Source of the DNA: an uncultured Candidatus Saccharibacteria bacterium
GTDB lineage: Bacteria > Patescibacteriota > Minisyncoccia > Phycocordibacterales > SBAW01
NCBI GenBank assembly: GCA_964420015.1
Contig: CAYQPO010000003.1
Coordinates: 1-63,607 of the forward strand
Length of the DNA: 63,607 nt
Direction: 5' to 3'
Shown here: one piece after another, positions 56,847 to 63,607 of the stretch
Position numbering within the stretch: the first letter of the stretch is position 1
Layout: each line of letters opens with the position of its first letter
The notes under the pieces: generated by a model
What the model saw: the letters and a program-made list of their open reading frames with translations, nothing else
Told to the model about the DNA's origin: nothing
Databases searched by the model: none
Position numbers and translations under genes: made by a program

Positions 56847-58346
56847 ATGAAGCTCAGGGCTTTGCTCTTTGTGTTTGCATGGGCTACTCTCCTTGCGCCG
56901 CAGTTTGCGTATGCCCAGCTCCCCAAGCCGACCTGTACCATTACGGCAAGCTCGGGCTCGGTTACGGTAGGGCAGACCACCAACCTTTCGTGGAGCAGTC
57001 AAAATGCCACTGCAGCCAACATCACCAGTCTTGGTTCAGTAAGCCTCTCGGGCACACAGGGCGTGATCCCCACGCCACCCAAAACTACCTACGTGGCGAC
57101 CTTTACTGGCCCTGGCGGGAGCGCAGTGTGTTCGATCGTCATTACCGTTAACTCAGGCAATGGCTCGGGCGGCTACCAAGACAGCGCGACCCCCACCACC
57201 GGTACTAACCCCATTGTGGGCGCGGGCAGCAACAGCGCTCCGCAGAGTATCGTGCCGTGCAATGGTATCGACTGCCAGGCATGCAATGTTGCGCAACTCG
57301 TGCAGCGTGTCATCAACTGGCTGATCGGCTTTTCTATCCCGCTTGCGGCAGCAATGTTTGCCTGGGCGGGCGCCGAGCTGGTCTTTTCAGGAATGAATGG
57401 AAATGAGGGTAAACGTAAATTTGCTCTTGGGATATTCAGGAATGTCGGGATTGGTTTTGTGATCGTGCTGTGCGCCTGGCTCGCTGTACAAACAGTGCTC
57501 AAAACGATCCTCAAACCGCAATATTATAAGAGCTGGAATACGATCCAGTGCATCCAAGCAAACAACAACACGGCGGGCGGCCGCCAGCTCAACAAAAGTA
57601 TCAATGATCTACTAAATTCTTTGCCAATCATTAATTCTAATGCGCTGCCTATATCGGTAGCGCCAGGTGGAACATTCACCGGGGTCGGGGGAGAATTCAA
57701 GAGTTCAGGCTCTTTGGGTTCATGCCCACCAGGTTACTCATATTTACCCGATGCAGACGCGTGCTCTAATGCTGATGGCACAAATTTTGTCGACCCTTCT
57801 TACAAAAATACCGGTGCCAAGGGTATCTGCTCGCCAGGATATTCATATCTGCCAGACGCTGATATGTGTTCCAACGAGGACGGCTCTTCGGTAGTCGATC
57901 CAACTCCGTTTCCAACAAAAGGTACCGCAGGAGCTTTGTGTGCTAACGACAATCCGGCTTGCAGCACAGCTGCTTTGCAAGAGTACGGTTTGACTCAAGC
58001 ACAGGCGAACGCCATGTCATGCATCGCTATCACCGAGAGTGGCGGCAACCCGAGTACACCTAACAGTAATACTGGCGCGTGCGGTACGTTCCAAATAACC
58101 AACCAGACGAGCAGAAGTAATTGGCAAAATCCGATATACCATGGAGACGGATGTAGTGCTGCGACTTCTTGCAACAATGCCGGTTGCAATCTCCAAACGG
58201 CAGTATTGATGTTCAATCAAAACGGATATCAACCATGGACTGGCGTCTGCAACTCGCCAGGCGGCTGCGGTGGGACGCCTTATGGTCAGGCGTGGAATCC
58301 CAGCGCCCGATCATGCGTCCAACGATATGACCCGGGTAATCTATAA
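56847..58346 (+). CDS. Secreted fusion: Ig-like domain + VirB2-like pilin + Cys-rich repeats + lysozyme/SLT-like transglycosylase
   Basis: Signal AYAQ; LSWSSQNA; FAWAG.ELV..G...KRKFA..F..V.IG.VI.L.AW; two CxPGYSYLPDADxCSN repeats; IA.TESGGNP...GACG.FQI...G..PW. Confidence 0.8.
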   Translation: MKLRALLFVFAWATLLAPQFAYAQLPKPTCTITASSGSVTVGQTTNLSWSSQNATAANITSLGSVSLSGTQGVIPTPPKTTYVATFTGPGGSAVCSIVITVNSGNGSGGYQDSATPTTGTNPIVGAGSNSAPQSIVPCNGIDCQACNVAQLVQRVINWLIGFSIPLAAAMFAWAGAELVFSGMNGNEGKRKFALGIFRNVGIGFVIVLCAWLAVQTVLKTILKPQYYKSWNTIQCIQANNNTAGGRQLNKSINDLLNSLPIINSNALPISVAPGGTFTGVGGEFKSSGSLGSCPPGYSYLPDADACSNADGTNFVDPSYKNTGAKGICSPGYSYLPDADMCSNEDGSSVVDPTPFPTKGTAGALCANDNPACSTAALQEYGLTQAQANAMSCIAITESGGNPSTPNSNTGACGTFQITNQTSRSNWQNPIYHGDGCSAATSCNNAGCNLQTAVLMFNQNGYQPWTGVCNSPGGCGGTPYGQAWNPSARSCVQRYDPGNL

Positions 58347-58352
58347 AACAAT

Positions 58353-58922
58353 ATGGAACCGACAAAACACATAGGGGTTTGGATCGCGCTAGCTTTACTG
58401 GCGATTTTTATCATAGTCGTAATAGTGTTGGCCATGCTACGTAGTTCATCGACACAGACGCAACAAATATCAACGAATACTCAAACCTCACCCGCATATA
58501 ACAACAGCAGCTCCGTAGGTGCTGATCAAAGCAATCTCGCCGCCTCAAGCACAATGGTCACCTCGGTTGCGACTTTTAACGGGGGCACAATTCAAACCAA
58601 AGATTTTCTTTCCGGTCCGGATGCACAACAAGACCCGGTCAATCCCGGATATTATGAACTCGGCAATAACGAAACGGCTGGAGCGTATAGCATTGTGTAT
58701 ATTGCTAAGGGACAGTATTTCAACATCACTCTCTTGCAGAAGCCTATAGGCCCCGCTCGAGTGAACGCCGAAAAATATCTTATGGACCTATTGGGTATCT
58801 CAAGTGCAGCAATATGCGTTCTCAAATACTCAGTCACAGTACCTGTCTCGGTAGACCCAAAACATGCGGGGGTTGATTTAGGCTTCAGTTTCTGCCCAAC
58901 CGCCGTTCCATTGGGTAATTAA
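58353..58922 (+). CDS. Membrane-anchored hypothetical protein
   Basis: N-terminal TM, S/T/Q linker, C-terminal Cys pair (ICVL...FCP). Confidence 0.72.
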   Translation: MEPTKHIGVWIALALLAIFIIVVIVLAMLRSSSTQTQQISTNTQTSPAYNNSSSVGADQSNLAASSTMVTSVATFNGGTIQTKDFLSGPDAQQDPVNPGYYELGNNETAGAYSIVYIAKGQYFNITLLQKPIGPARVNAEKYLMDLLGISSAAICVLKYSVTVPVSVDPKHAGVDLGFSFCPTAVPLGN

Positions 58923-58981
58923 CACTCAGTTGCGCTAAAAAGGCTTGTGCGGTATAGTCTTTTGGTCTTTATAGGCAATCT

Positions 58982-59140
58982 ATGTCCCAAGACCGACTCA
59001 TAAAACTACAATGCTCCAAGTGCAAGCGCATCAACTACTGGAGCTCCAAAAATAAAAAACTCGTCACACGCAAGATCGAGCTCAACAAGTTTTGCAAGTG
59101 GTGCAAGGCCTCGACCAAGCACGTCGAAACTCGAAAATAG
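58982..59140 (+). CDS. rpmG: 50S ribosomal protein bL33 (Zn-binding form), absent from the ORF track
   Basis: MSQDRLIKLQCSKCKRINYWSSKNKK...KIELNKFCKWCKASTKHVETRK, translated by hand. Confidence 0.95.
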   Translation: MSQDRLIKLQCSKCKRINYWSSKNKKLVTRKIELNKFCKWCKASTKHVETRK

Positions 59141-59163
59141 GGTATACTCTTTTTCGTACCCTC

Positions 59164-59234
59164 GGGCGCTTAGTTAAATGGTATAACAACGGTCTCCAAA
59201 ACCGTTATTGGGGGTTCGATTCCCTCAGCGCCCG
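59164..59234 (+). tRNA. tRNA-Trp(CCA)
   Basis: GGGCGCT/AGCGCCC acceptor, ACGGT-CTCCAAA-ACCGT anticodon arm. Confidence 0.95.
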
Positions 59235-59390
59235 CAATGATAAACAAGGCCGTCTGGGAGACGGCCGCGTTTAGCATCATTGCGCGGCAGCAGAGGGAAT
59301 CGAAAGGCGCAGGCCCGACGGGGCCGAGGCGGGGTCGCGCAAAAACCCAGCAGGGTTTTATGCGTGACCGATTCCCTCAGCGCCCGCAAT
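59235..59390. repeat. tRNA-adjacent multi-hairpin element (copy C) with duplicated tRNA 3' end
   Basis: Inverted T-arm GAGGGAATCGAA (59293-59304); GAGGCGGGGTCGCG (59326); 22-bp CGATTCCCTCAGCGCCCGCAAT at 59217 and 59369. Confidence 0.8.
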
Positions 59391-59449
59391 TCACATTTCT
59401 TGTGCGTGTGTTAGTGTAAGAGTAGGTTGAACACAGAGGAGGCCGAGAG

Positions 59450-59998
59450 ATGCGCCGCTTCATCGTTGCCTTTCTGCTGTCCTGTGCCTCCATCTCCCAA
59501 TCGGCGGCTTCTGGATGCGGACAGTTGGATGTTGTTGATGTAAAAGAACTTCGAGAGACGACCAACAAAAGAGTAATCAGGGCCCTCGATGATGTCCGAT
59601 GGACAAGCAAGGATTATCGTCCAGTGATTTTATGTGAATTTGACCCGCCATCTACCCGGACAGCTTTTGCGGCCGAATATGAGATGGGTCACTTCCTGAT
59701 CGCATTGAGGACGGATCTCCCGGAGCTTTTCTTGGATGACGAACTTCGGGCAGTGGTGGGCCACGAGATGGCTCACATAATCTTGAAGCATAGTTCCAAG
59801 TTTGGGGCTTTTGCTTCGGGAGATGTCGCGAAACAACAGCAGCACGAATTGGAGGCCGACAAACTCTCCGCGCGATGGTTTGGCGGGTTAGCCTCAAAAC
59901 GTGCCATGGAGAAATTTCTGCGAGCCTTCCCTGAAAGCCGCAATCCCTTCCTCAATAAGCGGCTCGAGATACTCTCACAGATGCCTACATTGTGGTGA
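59450..59998 (+). CDS. M48-family zinc metalloprotease, secreted
   Basis: Signal peptide; ELRAVVGHEMAH (HExxH); ELEAD; GGAGG SD. Confidence 0.85.
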   Translation: MRRFIVAFLLSCASISQSAASGCGQLDVVDVKELRETTNKRVIRALDDVRWTSKDYRPVILCEFDPPSTRTAFAAEYEMGHFLIALRTDLPELFLDDELRAVVGHEMAHIILKHSSKFGAFASGDVAKQQQHELEADKLSARWFGGLASKRAMEKFLRAFPESRNPFLNKRLEILSQMPTLW

Positions 59999-60033
59999 GA
60001 TTTTGTAGTCCTCGCGTAAGCGGGGACTACGTC

Positions 60034-60903
60034 TTATAAAAACGCTCTTGCAAGCCTGAGAGCTTTCGTTTTACTCGAGACCCAGTAGATGTCTTTGTTG
60101 CGCTTAAACCAGCGCCATTGGCGTTTGGCGTAGCGGTTGATCTCGCGTTCGAGCTGCGTTTCGAACTCTTTTTGGGTGAGCTTGTTCTGCAAGAGGCGAG
60201 CCAGGTAGCGATACTCCAGCCCTAACTCCTCCATGCGTTTGTAAGAGAGACCTTGTTTGTGCAGCTGCTTAGCCTCGGCGACCATACCTTGCTTAAGCCG
60301 AGCTTTAAGGCGCTTGTGAATATTTTTGCTAAGATTTTTCGGATTGAGCCCGAGCCACAAAATTTCATACTTTTGCACTGTCTTTTTGGGGGGATTCTGA
60401 CCGAGCGCTCGAGCGATTTCGATCGCGCGTATCAGTCTGCGTTTGTGATGGGGCTCGACAGTTTTGGCGCGTCTAGGGTCGAGTTTTTTGAGTTGTGCAA
60501 ACAATTGAGAGACCGATTTCTTTTCCAACCTTGCACGCAGTTTTGGGTTAGGAGGCACCTGTGCATAGCTCATGCGGCCAAGCAAAATATCGACATACAG
60601 CCCCGTGCCACCCACAACAATCGGCACTTTGTTTTGATGTATCATTACATCAATACATTTCACTGCGTACTTTACATAGTCGTCGACGGTAAACTGTCTT
60701 TTAGGCGAGGCTACGTCGAGCAAGTGGTGGGGGACGCCGGCCATTTCTTTTTTGGTCACCTTGCCGGTGCCTAGGTCGAGCCCTTTGTACACCTGCCGAC
60801 TGTCAGCCGAAATAATTTCGCCGCCCAATTTTTGGGCAAGATAAATCCCCAATGAGCTTTTGCCCGAGGCGGTCGGACCCACGATCGCTATGACCTTCTG
60901 CAT
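60034..60903 (-). CDS. miaA: tRNA (adenosine(37)-N6)-dimethylallyltransferase
   Basis: GPTASGKS, ISADSRQVYKG.D.GTGK, VGGTGLY, RRLIRAIE, YAKRQ..W. Start at MQKVIA. Confidence 0.96.
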   Translation of the reverse strand: MQKVIAIVGPTASGKSSLGIYLAQKLGGEIISADSRQVYKGLDLGTGKVTKKEMAGVPHHLLDVASPKRQFTVDDYVKYAVKCIDVMIHQNKVPIVVGGTGLYVDILLGRMSYAQVPPNPKLRARLEKKSVSQLFAQLKKLDPRRAKTVEPHHKRRLIRAIEIARALGQNPPKKTVQKYEILWLGLNPKNLSKNIHKRLKARLKQGMVAEAKQLHKQGLSYKRMEELGLEYRYLARLLQNKLTQKEFETQLEREINRYAKRQWRWFKRNKDIYWVSSKTKALRLARAFL

Positions 60904-60990
60904 TGGTGCCGGGAGAGAGAATCGAACTCTCATGACCTTGCGGTCGATGGATTTTGAGTCCATTGCGTCTACCAATTCCGCCATCCCGGC
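60904..60990 (-). tRNA. tRNA-Leu(CAA) with encoded CCA
   Basis: GCCGGGA/TCCCGGC acceptor, ATGGA-CTCAAAA-TCCAT anticodon arm; ends GGCACCA. Confidence 0.96.
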
Positions 60991-61017
60991 AAAGCTAACT
61001 GTGTTAGAATATCGCCA

Positions 61018-61962
61018 ATGGCGCAGTTTTACAACAACGCAATTTTTTGGGTCGAGGTCGAAAAAATCAAACCAAACCCCTTTCAACCACGCCGCGAGTT
61101 CGACGAGCAAAAGCTCAACGACTTGGCCAAGTCTGTTCGCCAGTACGGCGTGATCCAACCGCTCACGGTAACGCGCCGCGAGGTAGAACGCCAAGACGGC
61201 GGCTTGCAGGCCGAGTATGAGCTCATCGCGGGTGAGCGCCGCTTGCGCGCGGCCAAAATCGCCGGCGTGCGCGAGGTGCCCGTCTTAATCCGCGCTGAAC
61301 ACGACGACGACAAAACCAAGCTTGAACTCGCGATTATCGAAAACTTGCAGCGCGAGGACCTCAACCCCATCGACCGCGCCAAGGCGTTCGACCAGCTCTG
61401 CAATCGGTTTGGCTTTAAGCATGCCGAAGTGGCCGAAAAGGTTGGTAAAAGCCGGGAGTATGTTAGCAACACACTGCGCTTGCTTGCTTTGCCCCAGGCT
61501 ATGCAAGATTCGCTTCGCGAAGGACGCATCAGCGAGGGCCACACGCGGCCACTCCTCATGCTCTCCGACCGACCGCAGGAGCAAGAGGTTTTGTTTAAAG
61601 AAGTAATGCTCAAAAAACTCACGGTACGCGATACCGAGTCGATTGCACGGCGCATCGCCTACGACAAAGTGCGCAAAAAAGAGTACATCTATTCGCCCGA
61701 TATTTTGGACATGGAGCGGCAATTGGGCGAGGCACTCGGTACACGCGTGGCTATTGAGCCTAAAGAAAACGGGGGCAAGCTCTCTATCGACTACATGACC
61801 GAGGAGGATCTGCGGGTTATTTTTAATCACCTCGCGGCGCGGTTGAATGCTTCGCCAAATCCTGCTTCGCAAAAGGATTTGGCCACGCCCGTTGATGACC
61901 GACCGAAAGAAGAAATCGCTCGCGACGAAAACACCTTCGACCCTAACAGCTTCTCGCTATGA
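61018..61962 (+). CDS. parB: ParB/Spo0J partition protein
   Basis: I.PNP.QPRREF, G..QP..V, YELIAGERR.RA, ENLQREDLNPI, EVA..VGKSR..V.N.LRLL. Confidence 0.93.
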   Translation: MAQFYNNAIFWVEVEKIKPNPFQPRREFDEQKLNDLAKSVRQYGVIQPLTVTRREVERQDGGLQAEYELIAGERRLRAAKIAGVREVPVLIRAEHDDDKTKLELAIIENLQREDLNPIDRAKAFDQLCNRFGFKHAEVAEKVGKSREYVSNTLRLLALPQAMQDSLREGRISEGHTRPLLMLSDRPQEQEVLFKEVMLKKLTVRDTESIARRIAYDKVRKKEYIYSPDILDMERQLGEALGTRVAIEPKENGGKLSIDYMTEEDLRVIFNHLAARLNASPNPASQKDLATPVDDRPKEEIARDENTFDPNSFSL

Positions 61963-62582
61963 AGCGTCGGATCTATTTGATTCGACATGGACTCACCCTT
62001 GCTAACAAAGCTGGAGTTGTGCAGACATTGGATGACCCTTTAAGCGACGTGGGTATAGAACAGGCGGGGATATTAGCGGGACGTTTTTCAAAAATTGTAT
62101 TTGACTCGCTTGTGTCGAGCGACCTTAGTCGTGCCAAAGACACTGCACAGACCATTGCTGCTCGCACCGGACACGCAGTTTCTCACTCGACCCTTTTGCG
62201 TGAGAGCCCCTACCCCTCGTCTTTATTTGGAATGGAACGTTATGGGCCGGAGATCGCGACCTACTACGAAGAAAAAGGTAAACACATGGACGACCCTGAA
62301 TATCGTTTCGGCGACGAAGAGACCTTTAACGAAATCCGCAGGCGGGCAAAAGATGCTCTTGAATTCTTAGAAGCTCAAGAGGGGACGGTGGTTGCCGTTT
62401 CGCACGGTATATTCATACGCAAAGTAATTTTATGGGTATTGTTTCAAGATGCTCTGACAGAACGTCAGGAGCTGCTCGCGTTGCGGAAAATGCTTACGAA
62501 CAACACGGGCATTACCGCACTTGAGCTGCGCGAAAATGGTTGGGATCTACTTACCTGGAACGACCACGCGCATTTGGGTTAA
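61959..62582 (+). CDS. Histidine phosphatase family protein
   Basis: YLIRHG, SSDL.RA..TA, VSHG, NTGIT, W.L..WND..HL. Confidence 0.92.
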   Translation: MKRRIYLIRHGLTLANKAGVVQTLDDPLSDVGIEQAGILAGRFSKIVFDSLVSSDLSRAKDTAQTIAARTGHAVSHSTLLRESPYPSSLFGMERYGPEIATYYEEKGKHMDDPEYRFGDEETFNEIRRRAKDALEFLEAQEGTVVAVSHGIFIRKVILWVLFQDALTERQELLALRKMLTNNTGITALELRENGWDLLTWNDHAHLG

Positions 62583-62593
62583 AGAATAGGCAC

Positions 62594-62624
62594 AAAAAGC
62601 CCCGGGATCACTCCCGGGGCTTTT
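62594..62624. terminator. Bidirectional terminator
   Basis: AAAAAGCCCCGGG-ATCACT-CCCGGGGCTTTT. Confidence 0.85.
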
Positions 62625-62648
62625 GCAATTCTCGATCAGAGATTATGG

Positions 62649-63134
62649 TCAGGCAACCGACGAAGGGGGTTTGCCCCATTCGGCAAGAAGCCGATTGATC
62701 GTCTTGCCACCCGCCAAACGGATGATGAGAAAAAACATGAAAAACATAACCAGCGCGATCCACAGGTTCCCGCGCAGTTCGCCCTCAAGGAGCACTCCGA
62801 GAAGAATGATCCCCGAGATAAGGACGGCAGCACTGCCAGACGAGACGATCAAGAGGATCAACTGCCGCAAACCTTCGTCCTTCTCCTCGCGGGTATAGGC
62901 GATTCGTTGGTACTGGCTGTCGACGGCGATGAAGTAGCCGAAGAAGACCAGGCCGAATATCATTGCCACAAACTCCGGCAAGTTCAGCGGAAGGCGGGTC
63001 TGTTCTGTGAGAACGGGCAGGCGGCCGTTTACCGCACCATGATAGAGCGCAGTAAACCAGACCATGAGGCTCGCCATAAAGCAATACGTCGGCCAACGGC
63101 GATCAGAGTGCTTGCAGATGAGCTGCCAAAGCAT
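62649..63134 (-). CDS. Four-TM hypothetical protein
   Basis: 161 aa hydrophobic ORF with GGAG SD and upstream TTGACA. Confidence 0.65.
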   Translation of the reverse strand: MLWQLICKHSDRRWPTYCFMASLMVWFTALYHGAVNGRLPVLTEQTRLPLNLPEFVAMIFGLVFFGYFIAVDSQYQRIAYTREEKDEGLRQLILLIVSSGSAAVLISGIILLGVLLEGELRGNLWIALVMFFMFFLIIRLAGGKTINRLLAEWGKPPSSVA

Positions 63135-63218
63135 ATTGAGACTCCATCTCTTGAGATTCGGCCCGATGCCTCATCTCGTTTCTCAAAAAATATTGTATTA
63201 AAAACAGCAACTTGTCAA

Positions 63219-63566
63219 CTACCGCTTAAGCGGGCGTTGGGGGGCTTTTTGGGCGATCTCTTTTTCCAGCGCGATACGGATGTGGCGACGCGCCAGCGTG
63301 GTTTTGGCCGAGTCGAGCCACTTCTTGGTCGGGTGAGCCCCTTTGCGTGTCTGGATCTCGACGATGTCGCCGTTTTCCAAAATACAATCAAGCGGCATCA
63401 GCTTGCCGTTTATTTTGGCAGCAAAGACGTGGTCGCCTATGTCGGAGTGGATCGCATAGGCAAAATCAATCGGGGTAGAGTCGACCGGCAGGTCGAACAC
63501 ATCGCCGGTCGGAGTAAAGACGAATACCGAGGAATTAACACTTACGGTCATAAACGAGTTGCACAA
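63219..63566 (-). CDS. TGS domain of a RelA/SpoT-type protein (stand-alone or fragment)
   Basis: VFVFTP.GDV.DLP..STPIDFAY.IH.D.G....AKING...L...L..GDIVEI. In-frame TAG upstream at 63576-63578. Confidence 0.75.
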   Translation of the reverse strand: MCNSFMTVSVNSSVFVFTPTGDVFDLPVDSTPIDFAYAIHSDIGDHVFAAKINGKLMPLDCILENGDIVEIQTRKGAHPTKKWLDSAKTTLARRHIRIALEKEIAQKAPQRPLKR

Positions 63567-63607
63567 GTCCAGGTCCTAAGTACCGGCCTCTGAGCTCTAC
63601 TCCTGGG

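Noticed and set aside
59164-59234. Alternative genetic code (TGA recoding as in Gracilibacteria/Absconditabacteria)
   Set aside because: TGA terminates genes such as dnaA and parB, core ORFs are uninterrupted under code 11, and tRNA-Trp has a CCA anticodon.
60904-61194. N-terminal extension of MiaA in the ORF track (386 aa)
   Set aside because: It runs through tRNA-Leu and antisense to parB; homology begins at MQKVIA (60903).

Overview
This window looks like chromosomal DNA from a Patescibacteria/CPR bacterium, probably Parcubacteria. That is inferred from the compact genes, short IF-2 and ValS, VirB2-like pilins, a stand-alone VirD4-like ATPase, four-helix-bundle and SET genes, and TGA used as stop (code 11). 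The backbone carries valS, tsaD, trxB, ftsA/ftsZ, rpsU, lepB, pth, rpsA, gyrA, rbfA, infB, clpB, rpmG, miaA, parB and 11 tRNAs. Main points of interest: (1) An ~11.9 kb integrative element (12955-24810) sits at the 3' end of tRNA-Glu. Its large serine recombinase gene appears split by integration: it now ends in antisense tRNA sequence, and an alternative in-frame 30-codon C-terminus lies at the far end. Cargo includes a satellite-like P-loop ATPase module, a Zn-homeostasis trio, and a membrane-anchored Mrr nuclease paired with a CHAT/caspase-fold protease. (2) An intact DnaA resembling alphaproteobacterial (Hyphomicrobiales) DnaA sits alone between trxB and ftsZ with its own promoter, SD and terminator. 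It is one of several SD-led orphan cassettes among SD-less core genes. (3) A family of multi-hairpin mini-elements follows tRNA genes and duplicates their 3' ends. (4) Inverted heptamer arrays bracket a four-helix-bundle + SET gene pair. (5) The CCA of tRNA-Leu(CAA) directly abuts the miaA ATG. No rRNA, CRISPR array, IS transposase or reverse transcriptase was seen. All family calls come from motif recognition by eye, not database searches.
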